From a virus, in the IMG/VR virus record IMGVR_UViG_3300006874_000013, positions 1 to 64,000 of that record: a DNA stretch of 64,000 nt; one strand, written 5' to 3'. Positions 39,901 to 49,045 of the stretch are shown piece by piece; positions within the stretch are counted from its first letter, which is position 1, and each line of letters begins with the position of its first letter. The notes beneath the pieces are model-generated. The model searched no databases and was not told the origin of the DNA. It saw nothing but the letters and a program-made list of their open reading frames with translations. A program made the position numbers and the translations under genes.

Positions 39901-42900
39901 CATTTAGTGCTGTAACTTTGGCATTTATTACTGCTTCGCCTGAGAAACCTGTGCCGTCACCGTGTATGGTTACTGCTGGTGCTTGAGTATATCCAGAGCC
40001 AATGTTTGTAACAACTGCTCTCACATTACCTTGTAGAATTGGTACTGCGGTTGCATTTTGTCCGCCTGTGCCTGTGATTGTCACAGTAGGTAAATTGTTA
40101 CTTTCATAACCGCTACCACGTTCTAAAATATTGATATTTAATATTTGACCAGTTACTGGGTCAACGTCCATGTCTCTGACTTCTGCTGTTGCTGTTGTTC
40201 CTGAACTAGGTGGAGTAATTGTTACTGTTACTGGATTAGTAGCATTGTAATCGCCGTTACTGTCAGGTCCAGTGTACAAATAATCTTGTCCTGGGTCGGT
40301 AATTGTAAAGCCCACAATTTCAGCATCAAAAATATCTGTACGCACTGTAGCGCCTGTTCCACCACCACCGCCAAGTGACACATTAGCACGTTGGAAATTG
40401 TTGTCAGTGATAATGTTTACGGTGCTTACATTACCTTCTATGTTTGCTGTAATGGTTGCACCTAAGTCTGGTGTTACTGTAACAGTAGGTGGTTCTGAGT
40501 ATCCTGAGCCTGCACTTGTAATTGTTAAGTTAGCAATACTAGTTGGGTTAAGAGATACATTACCTGATGTTACTGTAGCAACTACAGCGTCACGTTGTAC
40601 TTTAGTACCAATGTTATCTATGATTTGTACAGCATCACCGTTACTGATAGTGCCTATAGACCCGGTTAATTGTACGGTGTTTCCATCACTGCTACTTACA
40701 ATACTAGCACGTAATCCAGACAACACTTGGCTTACAACTGGTTCTGTAGATATAATGTCATAACTGTTAAGAGGACCAATAGATTGAATTCTTGCTTCAA
40801 TCTGCCTTGGTGCCTCAAAGCCTCTAACTTTGCTGGTTGCTTCTCTAATTATTCTTTCGTTGTTCCATACAACAATGTTATCATTTACATTTGCGTTTTG
40901 TAATGACAACACAAAATCTAAATATTTTCCAGTATTGATTTCGCCAATTTGGTTGCTGTCAATGTATGATATCAAACTGTAATTTGTAAACAGTGTTACA
41001 TTGCCACTTTCACTTCTTTCTAGATAGTTTACTTTTTTACTTGCTGTTTCGCTTAATAAATTATCACCTGCAGGAATTAATTCGTATACGTTCCAATCTT
41101 CGTTTTCTGATTTAGCAACATGTATGTAATCATTTTGTTTTGGCTTGAATATAAAATCATCTCTGTATAAATCACTAATACTTTCTACATCAAATGCCAA
41201 GAAGTTAACATTCGCTGAGTTTACATAACCAGCATTACTAATTCTAGGATAGTTACTGTCTGTCATGCCAAATATATCAACGTTGGCTGTAGTTGGCCAA
41301 AGTTTGCTGATTTTATCACCTTCTGGTTTCTTCAAGAATCTTGTAGCATCGTCAATATCAAATACTAGTATGTCTTTTGACGATGACGGCACAACATCAT
41401 ATGTTCGCTTGATTCCTACTCTAGGGGCAATACCTTCTTTAGCAGTTACTTTGATTCTCACTTTAGAATTAGGTAGATCACCAACAAAATTTTCAGTGAA
41501 AGTTAGTGTAGGTCTTTCTATAATTTGTATTACAGCATTTTCATCTAACGCATAATAAGTGTCACGTTGTTGTTCGTTTGCATCATAATCTCCTGGTGGA
41601 TTAACTTTTGCTGTTAATACAGAATCAGGTAACAGACTAATATCATTAAAAGTAATACTGTTTGTAGCCAATGTAAACACATTACCATTTGAAACTAATG
41701 TACCATCTGAAGTGTATGTGCTAGGCGAATTATAAATTCTCACATTGTTTACAAAAACTTCAACGTATTTGTATTGGCTGTTGTCGCCTTTAACTAAATT
41801 AGATGGATCTATGTTTTGAGCACTATTAAATGCTAAAGATACACTGTTATTAACTAATTCAAATGCATTGTTGTCTGCATCAGCAATATTACTTGTATTA
41901 AGTGATGGATATTCTGCAAGTGTTGTAATTGAAAAATTAGAACCTTCGTCAAATGTCCAGTATATATCTAAAGGATTATTCGGATCAACTCTAGGTACAT
42001 TTGCATCATCAACTTCCACAACTATATCATTTGCTGTAGTTGTATAAGTAGGATCTTCGTTTGCTAATGCGCCAACAAGACTAAATTTTTGTTGAGGTTG
42101 ATATCTAGCATTAGTTATTCCAATGTTTGCGCCGTCTACCACAGTAAAATCACTACCTGATAAAGTAATAATATCTTTTGCAACTAAATCAATTACAGAT
42201 GCGTTTGCATCAAGGTCTGTATAGTTTGTTATGCTACTTGCTGTGACATTAACGTTCAGACTAGTATTACTGTTAATTGCACTTGCAATATTTGCACCAG
42301 TAACGTTTGAAGTACCGTCTGAATGTGTAACAGTAAGCCTAACAGTGCTTTCAGAAACATGATCTGTGATCTCAAATTCTGTAGAAGTTGTGTCAGTAAT
42401 GTATGTATTACCAATTGCTAATGCTTTGTCAAGCACAGTTTCTACTTCATTGATTAATACATTTGAAGCAACTACTCTTGCGGCTAATGCAGTTGGGTCA
42501 TCATAACCTGAACCAGACTCCGTTACAATAATACTGTCTAATTTGTTATTGCTGTTTAACTTAGCAACTGCTGTTGCACGTTTTCCTTTAGGATTACTAG
42601 GCATTGATATTTCAATCTCTGGTAATCTTTCGTAATTGTATCTTGCTTCGAACACATCTATGCGTTCAATACAATTAGTTGTACTTTGTGGATAATCTAA
42701 TTTTATTAATTGACTATTCTGTTTGAAGTCTGTTTTGTATAATTTAAGTTCAATGTTTTGCTTGTTTTTTGTATTACCAAAATCGCCTACACGTAATGCC
42801 CATTCGTCGTATACAGTAATGTTGCCTTGGACAATACTGTTACTGTTAGCCAAACGTGTTAAACTTTCCTTAGTACCTTTATTCTGAATCATGCCTTGAT

Positions 42901-45900
42901 AGAATTCAAACTGTTGTTCATCAAGCACATCAAGTTCTGTTAGATAACTTTTTTCTTGGTAGCCAAACAATGCTCTACTTTGTTCGTATAGTTGTTTTTC
43001 AACAGGCACAAATCCTAATTCATGATAGCGACCTAAACTTTCCGCCATATTATCTAAGTTTGGTCTAAGTTCGTCACCATCAATTATAAAGCCTTCTGAA
43101 AAGAATTTACCTGTCCAGTTCTTTGTTCTGTTTGCTTTGATCTTGATTCTCTTATGTCTTTGATCATATAAATTATCAAAGATTACATCAGCAAACACAG
43201 TTTGATTATCAAACACTAGTGCATGTTCAATTTCTTTTGTGAACAACATGCAACCATAAATTTGTTGTCCTAGCGGAGGAATAATTTCTATTTGAGACCC
43301 TTCTCTATTAATTTGGCATTTACCAGGATCAACAACTGCGCCTGTTTGATCTATGATAGAAAATTGATCTCTGTCAGTCCTATTAATCTTAGCAATAAAA
43401 CCTCGAGGAGCAGTAAACAACAAACGTTTTGCAAGTGGTGATAATTCAATGGTATTACCTATTTCCCATTTACCTGTTGTCCAAAACAAAAATTGTTTGC
43501 CAGCATACATCCAGTCATTGACATCATTGATAGCACCGTCAAATTCTCCAAAGTCAAAACCTTCCTGATTATTATAAGCACCTAGGCCTATTAATAAGTC
43601 AAAAACTTCTTGTATAGTTTCAAATTCTGTATCATAGTATACTCTAACTGGTACTGATTTTCTAACTTGATACAATGCCGCTTCTGCACCATTTTTCTGT
43701 GGTAATTTACTTAATGTATTCCAATACTGTGGATCAAAATTTGTACCAGATGTAACATTTAGTTTTGCTCTAAAGTAACTTCTATTATACTCAACTATTG
43801 TGCCTTTAGGATAACTTTGTTCTGGTGCCCATTTAACATGTGGTGCTGGTTCGCCACCAACAGAAATTAACGATTTAGGACTCTTAGGATCAACTGGTAA
43901 TACATTAAAGTATCCTCTGTTTTTATCGTACCCTCTTACAATATACCCACCAGCACTTTTTTCAATAATAATGCCGCTATAAAAATTCCTTGATTTATAA
44001 TTACTACTATGTAGGTTGACATTTATATTCTCTTGTGGTATAATTAAACTTGTAGCATTACCGTCATTACTATATTGGTCTGTTCTAGCAACCATGGTGT
44101 CTTTATCAATGAAGCCACTCATTCTCTGTGCTAAATTGGTATTCAGGGTTCTCATTTTAGTTGCAAAGTCATCTACAATGCTGAGATTTTGAAACTTTAA
44201 CCATGTGTATATAAATTGTGTATAACCAATTGCTGTTATGAAATTTTTATTTTGATCTAGTTCGCCATGTATATGGAATTCCGTTGGATCATAAAACTTC
44301 CAAAACTCTCCAGTATTTTTATTGAGAATATATTCTTTGTTACAACTAGGCCTTGTTAAAGAAATTGGATTACTAAAGAAAGTAGCAAACAATCCTGGTT
44401 TGGATAATAGCAGTGCCTCCGACATTGCAAAAGGAAATTCTTCTGTGTTCCTCCACGCATACTCTGCTGGACTGCAATCACCAAATGACCATTTACCAGA
44501 AATACCGGTTGTGCTAACCACTGAAGTATTTAATGTGCTTCTTATATAATAATCAGCATCTTGATTTATATACCCATTATTTTTGTTATTGTCTGTTTCA
44601 TCTATAACTACTTCTAATATAGCTCTGTAGCCATCACCTTGTATAGTTGCTAATGCTTCAGTGTAACCTGAGCCGGAATTTGTGATTGTAATTGCTTGTA
44701 TAGCACCATCAACAATAGTTGCAGTAGCAGTAGCACCACTTCCGTTGCCAGTAATTGCAACTGTTGCGTTAGTGTACTGCCCACCTTTGTTTTTGATTTT
44801 TATTTCTTTTATTAAACCTGTATCAGGAGCATTTGAATAAAAACAATTTTGATAAACATTATTACCTGAAGTTCCTTGCCCTGAACTTCCGCCTACATGG
44901 AAAGGGAAAACAGGTTTGTTGTTTTCATCTACTGTGGCAACATAAAATCTAATAGGTGTATTCGGTGATTCTGGTGTACGTGCATATCTAACATTATATT
45001 CATCAACATACTCGTCACCACTGCCGGCAGTTGGTTCCCAGTCTTCTATAAATTGACCAGTGTAAGCACCACCTGGACCAGATTGTCTTGTACCTGATCT
45101 CACTGCCCATTTAGATTTAATTCTCACAATACTGTTTGAGTCTATACCTTGAGCACCACCGTATCCATATGGACCATAAATAGGCAGACCATCTAATGCC
45201 CAACCTACTATTGGGGAGTGTTCAGTTGTACTCCACTCAGTTAATCCTGCTACACGTGGACTAAAGACATGATAGTGTAAAATGCCGTCCTCAACACTTG
45301 CATGACCTGAATCCGGATCATGATTTTTTGTAACAGTTGAGTAATGCCATTCACCTTCGCCTTTCCAACTTTCTTCTGATTTAATATTGTATACCGGTAT
45401 ACCATTTACTGCCACAGCAACAGGACCCTTGCCTTGCTTTTGTGAATTGCCTGTAGGAGGTATATTTGCTAAATCTCTTTTTGGAATAGTGTAACTTACA
45501 GCATCAAATTCAATTGACTCGCCATCTAGTGTGGCGTGTCCAGAATGTTCGTAGTGTAACCCGTCTAGTGTATGATTAGGTATAGTATGACTTTGTACAT
45601 ACAAATTACCGCTATCTAGTGAAACTGATACACCGTCGTTTCTAGCAAATGATGTTACTTGAATATCTGTAAGGGCATTTACAAATTCGTTATTCCATTG
45701 CTTTGTTAGTGTTGTGGTATCTGTAGAAATAATATCAGCAGGTGCAATCAAGTCGCCGTTGCTGTCAACTGGAATTACTTCATGCAGTCCAATTCTTCTA
45801 AAGGGGTTGTTCTTCTTGAACGCATCATTGTGAATATTTGCTCTAGGGCCTTTTCTTATTATGCCTTGCTCTAAATCATTCCATAATTTTTCATTGGTAG

Positions 45901-48900
45901 GAGAATAATCTATAATAGGACTTACTTTGTTTGTATCGCCCGAAGCATACAAAGCATATTCGCTGTCCCACCATATAGGCTTTTCTGTAAAGCCTAACAT
46001 TTCCCATGGATGAGTATTTGGTTTAATGGTATCGTAGTAATACAAATAGAAGCCTTTCCAATGCCCTGGTATTAAACCTGTATTTGCATAGTTCCATGTA
46101 AATTTATTATTTTCATCATAGAATTCATTGACTGTACCATCGAGATTATTTCTCTGCAACCAACTAGAGTATGAACTTATCATCAAGTCATTGAACTCTT
46201 TATACTCTAATGATGTTTTTCTAAATTCGCCATTTTGTGAACTAAACACACTATGTTCTGGCATGCTGTTATTAGTTCTAAACTCTGCTTTAGCACTGTT
46301 AAATATTCTCTTTTCAAATTCTAATAACAAGTCATCACGTAAGTCTCCCTTGATAGGTGTCTCACTTCCGTCATGGCCTATAATAACCTTTAAGGGTTGA
46401 GAGAAACTCTTGTCTATTGTAATTTCAGGTTTGAACAGTGGATATAATCCCATTGTGCTTGGAGTAGGAGGACATTGAGCACTATCTCTTTCTGCATCGT
46501 ATAACTTAAATAAAACAGTATCACCAGAACTCAAATTAACACTGTCTTGTATTGTAATGGTTAAAGGTTCAAACGAACTTATTACATAATCGTGATCAAC
46601 AGTTAATAATTTTTGATTTAGAAATACCAATAAACTGTGTTCAAGTTTGTCTAGGTCTGCATCATATACACTTGTAAATGTCTTATCTGCAGGCGTACTT
46701 GGAATGCCAACTAAAAATTCTTCTTCTTTGTAATTGTCACCATATGGCAAAATATATGTTCTATTAAATACATCTCTGCCTACTTTGTAACTTTGTGTAT
46801 TTCGAATAACTTGTTCTAAAATATCACTGACAGCAATACCATCTGTATCTTTGGTATCATAGTATTTGTTAATTTCATTTTTGATTCTGTTTTTGAATTT
46901 CACATACTCAGCTCTATTAAATTTCAAAGCATCTATTAAGTTGTGTGGTTGATCATCAAGTAAAAATGAACCTAGTATAACATTTTGATCAGTGTTTACA
47001 ATTTTGTTTGCAAATGTATCACTTTTAACAATACTATCAGAATTATTTGAACCAAATTTTAATCCAGAGAAACCTTCTTGGTTGCTCATGTAATCACTAA
47101 AGTGTTCCATATATTGTGGCTGACTTATACCAACAATATCTTGTTTTAGTACATTGTTTTTCCAACCAATTGGTAATTCGTATTTAGAAATATTTTGATC
47201 GTCAATTAATCCTACTTCTGAATTTACACTGATTTCTAAAATATCATTTGCTGAATATGGAATAGAATCTAGTCGTATAAAACCTTTGTTGGTGCTAAAG
47301 TATTGAAAGCCTGTGATTTCATCACCGTTAAGTGTAACTGTAATTTCGTAGCCGCTACTAAATTTAGGATTGCTTTTTGGTTCAGCACCAATATAAAAAT
47401 CTTTTATTTGTCTATCAACAACTGCTTGTGGTAAAGAATATGTAGAAACAATTTTTTGTACATTAGGTTCTGAAACATGTTTCCAATGTGCATGATATTC
47501 TACAACTTTTTTGTTTAACTTGTAAAATTTGTAACCACTGATGTTTTTGCTTGAGTTGCCACCAAACGGAATAAAATTATAGTTACCTGTTTTTTGAAAA
47601 TTTTCAAACAGTATTTCTGAACTAGATTTGAATTGCTTGTATACTAACGGAAACCCAAGCTCTATATCAGAAACCAAACTTACACTTGTGTTACTTTCCC
47701 CGGTAGGAATGCTAGTTGCATAACCAAAGATTTTGTTTCCTGTAAAGTTGTTCTGAGGATATAAATCACTATCACCTAAATATTGTCCTTTGTTATCATA
47801 GAGATTAAATAAAGGCTCTTGATTAATTTTTGATTTGTGCTGTGCTTGTACCCAACCTACACTAGTCCAGACATATTCGGAACCAAGATATTTTGAACCT
47901 GAATCTACGCAAACAACATCACCAACTACTGGCGTCATTGGTATAAAATTATCATCGCCGTCAACTGCGCCTGCTGGATTATTTAATGCTGGAACTCTAG
48001 ATAGTGTAACAAATGCTTGTGCGTTTGAGCCTTGATAGATGTATTGTGAAACTTCCTTATCTTCATTAGGAAAGATCATATATGCATTTGATACATCTAC
48101 TGAATCAACTAATTGTCCTGTTTTAAGTCCCTTTACGTCAGCAATTGAGAAATCAGCCACAGAAACATTTACAGTGTAAAGTAATTTCTCTCCATGCTTG
48201 TATAATTCTAATTCTTTATCAAACTCTATAATAGGTCTATTTGCACGTTTGGTTTTTTCTGGTATTGAATCGCCAGCATCTCTGAAATTTTCTATGTGGT
48301 ACCAATGATTAACTCTACTCCAAGCGTTTTTATTAGTAGCACCACGCTCCTGAATTAAGTAATCTTTTTCCCAATCTACTGATGTATCAAGTCTATAAGA
48401 TACAGGATTGTTTGATGTTATTTCAGTTAATTTTATTGCATCGCCAACACCAGATACAATAAATGTTTTGCTAGTTTCTGTTGCTGGAATGACATAGTTG
48501 CCTGAGAACTCTACCTTCATTCCGTTTCTCATAGACTTACCATTAGGCAATGTATAAGTTTTTTTACCAAGTATGTCTAAGTCTATATCTATATAATCAG
48601 ATGCTGTACCAGTTATTGTGATTACCGATGGTCCTTCTGGTACCCAATAATATTCTTGGTAATTAATAAATTTGTCAACATTTATAGGAGGTAAAAATGT
48701 ACTATATCTATCTGAAAATAATTTATTATGGTTTTTTGTCTGTACACCATAACTTTTTAATAAGTCTATAAACTCATCATAAAAAATTAAATTTTCTGGC
48801 TTGTTAGTATCTGATGTTTTTGTACTAACTGTAGGCGATAAACTATAGAAACGTTTTGACGCAGTAGGGTGTATAATATATGCACCTTCTACATCATGGT

Positions 48901-49045
48901 CTTCGCCACGTTGGCTACCAATAAACCCTTTGACTAATTCAACATTAGCCTTGCTGAATAATTGCTCAACAGTGTTATCAAAGAAATTTTTGATAGCATT
49001 AGTTTGATGTATAACTGGTAACTTTTTATAAATCTTATCAGCCAT
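33929..49045 (-). CDS. Giant baseplate wedge initiator-like (gp7-like) protein (5038 aa) with YHYH, GSGY-repeat, PA14-like and C-terminal Hint domains
   Basis: Follows gp6 with a 1-bp overlap. Blocks DKFINYQEYYW, HPWEMLGF, YQGMIQNKGT and DEWALRVG; YHYH-type GPVAVAVNGIPVYN..HYH..HSPIVGWALDGLPIYGPYG; PA14-like GYMFAPHTGVYYF..DD; ends in a Hint domain. Confidence 0.75.
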   Translation of the reverse strand: MADKIYKKLPVIHQTNAIKNFFDNTVEQLFSKANVELVKGFIGSQRGEDHDVEGAYIIHPTASKRFYSLSPTVSTKTSDTNKPENLIFYDEFIDLLKSYGVQTKNHNKLFSDRYSTFLPPINVDKFINYQEYYWVPEGPSVITITGTASDYIDIDLDILGKKTYTLPNGKSMRNGMKVEFSGNYVIPATETSKTFIVSGVGDAIKLTEITSNNPVSYRLDTSVDWEKDYLIQERGATNKNAWSRVNHWYHIENFRDAGDSIPEKTKRANRPIIEFDKELELYKHGEKLLYTVNVSVADFSIADVKGLKTGQLVDSVDVSNAYMIFPNEDKEVSQYIYQGSNAQAFVTLSRVPALNNPAGAVDGDDNFIPMTPVVGDVVCVDSGSKYLGSEYVWTSVGWVQAQHKSKINQEPLFNLYDNKGQYLGDSDLYPQNNFTGNKIFGYATSIPTGESNTSVSLVSDIELGFPLVYKQFKSSSEILFENFQKTGNYNFIPFGGNSSKNISGYKFYKLNKKVVEYHAHWKHVSEPNVQKIVSTYSLPQAVVDRQIKDFYIGAEPKSNPKFSSGYEITVTLNGDEITGFQYFSTNKGFIRLDSIPYSANDILEISVNSEVGLIDDQNISKYELPIGWKNNVLKQDIVGISQPQYMEHFSDYMSNQEGFSGLKFGSNNSDSIVKSDTFANKIVNTDQNVILGSFLLDDQPHNLIDALKFNRAEYVKFKNRIKNEINKYYDTKDTDGIAVSDILEQVIRNTQSYKVGRDVFNRTYILPYGDNYKEEEFLVGIPSTPADKTFTSVYDADLDKLEHSLLVFLNQKLLTVDHDYVISSFEPLTITIQDSVNLSSGDTVLFKLYDAERDSAQCPPTPSTMGLYPLFKPEITIDKSFSQPLKVIIGHDGSETPIKGDLRDDLLLEFEKRIFNSAKAEFRTNNSMPEHSVFSSQNGEFRKTSLEYKEFNDLMISSYSSWLQRNNLDGTVNEFYDENNKFTWNYANTGLIPGHWKGFYLYYYDTIKPNTHPWEMLGFTEKPIWWDSEYALYASGDTNKVSPIIDYSPTNEKLWNDLEQGIIRKGPRANIHNDAFKKNNPFRRIGLHEVIPVDSNGDLIAPADIISTDTTTLTKQWNNEFVNALTDIQVTSFARNDGVSVSLDSGNLYVQSHTIPNHTLDGLHYEHSGHATLDGESIEFDAVSYTIPKRDLANIPPTGNSQKQGKGPVAVAVNGIPVYNIKSEESWKGEGEWHYSTVTKNHDPDSGHASVEDGILHYHVFSPRVAGLTEWSTTEHSPIVGWALDGLPIYGPYGYGGAQGIDSNSIVRIKSKWAVRSGTRQSGPGGAYTGQFIEDWEPTAGSGDEYVDEYNVRYARTPESPNTPIRFYVATVDENNKPVFPFHVGGSSGQGTSGNNVYQNCFYSNAPDTGLIKEIKIKNKGGQYTNATVAITGNGSGATATATIVDGAIQAITITNSGSGYTEALATIQGDGYRAILEVVIDETDNNKNNGYINQDADYYIRSTLNTSVVSTTGISGKWSFGDCSPAEYAWRNTEEFPFAMSEALLLSKPGLFATFFSNPISLTRPSCNKEYILNKNTGEFWKFYDPTEFHIHGELDQNKNFITAIGYTQFIYTWLKFQNLSIVDDFATKMRTLNTNLAQRMSGFIDKDTMVARTDQYSNDGNATSLIIPQENINVNLHSSNYKSRNFYSGIIIEKSAGGYIVRGYDKNRGYFNVLPVDPKSPKSLISVGGEPAPHVKWAPEQSYPKGTIVEYNRSYFRAKLNVTSGTNFDPQYWNTLSKLPQKNGAEAALYQVRKSVPVRVYYDTEFETIQEVFDLLIGLGAYNNQEGFDFGEFDGAINDVNDWMYAGKQFLFWTTGKWEIGNTIELSPLAKRLLFTAPRGFIAKINRTDRDQFSIIDQTGAVVDPGKCQINREGSQIEIIPPLGQQIYGCMLFTKEIEHALVFDNQTVFADVIFDNLYDQRHKRIKIKANRTKNWTGKFFSEGFIIDGDELRPNLDNMAESLGRYHELGFVPVEKQLYEQSRALFGYQEKSYLTELDVLDEQQFEFYQGMIQNKGTKESLTRLANSNSIVQGNITVYDEWALRVGDFGNTKNKQNIELKLYKTDFKQNSQLIKLDYPQSTTNCIERIDVFEARYNYERLPEIEISMPSNPKGKRATAVAKLNSNNKLDSIIVTESGSGYDDPTALAARVVASNVLINEVETVLDKALAIGNTYITDTTSTEFEITDHVSESTVRLTVTHSDGTSNVTGANIASAINSNTSLNVNVTASSITNYTDLDANASVIDLVAKDIITLSGSDFTVVDGANIGITNARYQPQQKFSLVGALANEDPTYTTTANDIVVEVDDANVPRVDPNNPLDIYWTFDEGSNFSITTLAEYPSLNTSNIADADNNAFELVNNSVSLAFNSAQNIDPSNLVKGDNSQYKYVEVFVNNVRIYNSPSTYTSDGTLVSNGNVFTLATNSITFNDISLLPDSVLTAKVNPPGDYDANEQQRDTYYALDENAVIQIIERPTLTFTENFVGDLPNSKVRIKVTAKEGIAPRVGIKRTYDVVPSSSKDILVFDIDDATRFLKKPEGDKISKLWPTTANVDIFGMTDSNYPRISNAGYVNSANVNFLAFDVESISDLYRDDFIFKPKQNDYIHVAKSENEDWNVYELIPAGDNLLSETASKKVNYLERSESGNVTLFTNYSLISYIDSNQIGEINTGKYLDFVLSLQNANVNDNIVVWNNERIIREATSKVRGFEAPRQIEARIQSIGPLNSYDIISTEPVVSQVLSGLRASIVSSSDGNTVQLTGSIGTISNGDAVQIIDNIGTKVQRDAVVATVTSGNVSLNPTSIANLTITSAGSGYSEPPTVTVTPDLGATITANIEGNVSTVNIITDNNFQRANVSLGGGGGTGATVRTDIFDAEIVGFTITDPGQDYLYTGPDSNGDYNATNPVTVTITPPSSGTTATAEVRDMDVDPVTGQILNINILERGSGYESNNLPTVTITGTGGQNATAVPILQGNVRAVVTNIGSGYTQAPAVTIHGDGTGFSGEAVINAKVTALNVVNGGVGFTSTPTISISGSATATPNMNFGNAEIDQNILDDSSGSFANTSITVTGSINVDTQFGLPSDANTATIAKIQSLFTKTHKLIGYSQNPTNALLHINEPLLEDANVVSNINNLAFVIKSYKDYSSDTGRYHIVSNVTQRSFTITRPNSVAGNALSVRHLNNTKLVTRNPDLPLSDNDIVRVFANNFEGMFRVKSSENGNITIPSPFTFGYQSGTITTEGIKIKTVSDHGISPLYAEYGKRIAVHFASPKAYNQIYSINKVTPKELYINNRWAKSTTTQIYYDHKIGTINGSVPYESGNINADFANSTNSIGLTRSTDLTETVVKYSSNAEIVNPRFVSIVEDGSVCVIHPDALPSDTQISIDVDVQRDMGRNILYPQLSTVDQGVVTLKGSQQHLTSYLNPQALENDLNRTIKLKQSFTDPTSMTTVNPKTGLPSMQLKIPMLKSPWIPVVGDTPAPLIHDYGPYVLSTEALNSIQENSVTGSMVIGSEDESRIDPNFYKGPIQSGPVYGLRYVKDDINYIWDNEIQMYVPEETIVKDGVIVNDKQEPRIPPMPEFHVGTYMQTNNLDYINEDLVLKQIPGSANSSRSWRPGRKQQTYNMLDKKTFTAGSDSISIPTYRLRAIKNENVFLIYQAVQNSDNHVYYIKLDESNPPNIDHDFNATLNRYADFGQYDTTDYYWRNEILPSIDSDNKITEPKDPIRLRKTKNIVNLKAVEPAAYVGPQLIPEPFALAGGNNSDRIANFTALPSGTQAKLSTYIDYPIGEPGGILPGGAEGEEIYVPQTGFGQFLLWTPGLAPGQWAPTSGGPGSVDNETLGYGSGYYQAGDDHDALDYPDVSDLTYDKPISRFKYSRRFTVNPPVFNVDRRLYEINGVRYTEEDLTGLQPDSRSREGDSNQAFWDGIFEDINGVDREIDYNFFFDEEWWDYLEIDEVVSDGVANENDNDEDNTLLRPEHIFVACFWTEPFTYVDQITGYNYDQLDADGNPAPIYSDYDGTVVRVKYIRLTELPPNAITRRLIPDTGWAGKGWNNVTVDYAINQSGAILTPDDVDSYIDQFDPVETGSASTGDDDTLVVDLPALTRSATPIPVAGSTQNYSLSNTRLLSSGELEQQLGFQSVPTVEGGAPVNTLAKITQAPGPCLAIETPDDPTPPGTTAPGVCTEKETQYFFEEMNDGLEGKSNPTGSVNTTDAGRSFTTQLMLNTLTNCQAFFDSNQYGFGGDMQFFFSKTVEIATSGSIDVFLNSHVENDTIKAKPWGNATGYVLWQSKQPLFGSSKVMTNHLDLGAWLADPDTRLLKTTMNNANDIPTRNGDQISRYGVDQNLTSGANRYTQVDAIFDTNDKGLHTYDNVENISNNETRLYNDLTFTRLISELNDDDISVKWSDWDSDLATEMTGKGFNENNEFGFNGIGYIRALNVDCNKGKYITLWMVPSLSDTAGNTLRDVNGSYANDYSHAYNYFEAADDTADGPSIIRNQAVIRFVGEKPDDYVPPGPSCDDTNRPSRAYRNGAVLKGWKALRDDNNSAQDAKHGEDWWGSKREVDNVYWPYHDLYISPSYFKSFSNSNIWKPWRTRTAGSAPIVNRTVKSFHKYNSGQGQHSYELKGYMFAPHTGVYYFSGWGDDQLIVYLSSGPPEPDLDIWNAYPNYISGGFKNYARIGVPDDGSGPSPSGGDAAPGTFKEWFTDDGFNADNGYNYISTANVAHNGCWTDRLESSKENVANGPAHNWLMKTGWTTTDETKANWWNQWSQHRKAVYLEANKFYFIRLMFSNRGGPGHYGLMWTCNRAQGGNISGYPIFGGFSCEDDAPPSDGTPPGQNSGGGGGCFTGHMKVTMADGTQKEIKDVVKGDAVKSYDNNTNEIVNATVEELMVPRTCNIYELTLDDGTVIETTADHPFRTADGKWANIDPNFVQEDMQYVTGLDSTEQAEKLEIGRELHGLVDNAVVTNIVNTGKTDTVYHLCDVGEYHNYFVEDMCVHNSATLEDGNEKQKR
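33971..34432 (-). other. Mini-intein/Hint domain (154 aa, no homing endonuclease)
   Basis: Block A CFTGHMKVTMADG (Cys1), block B TTADHPF, block F VYHL..HNYFV and block G VHN followed by Ser(+1). Preceded by a GGGGG linker and followed by only 13 residues. Confidence 0.9.
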
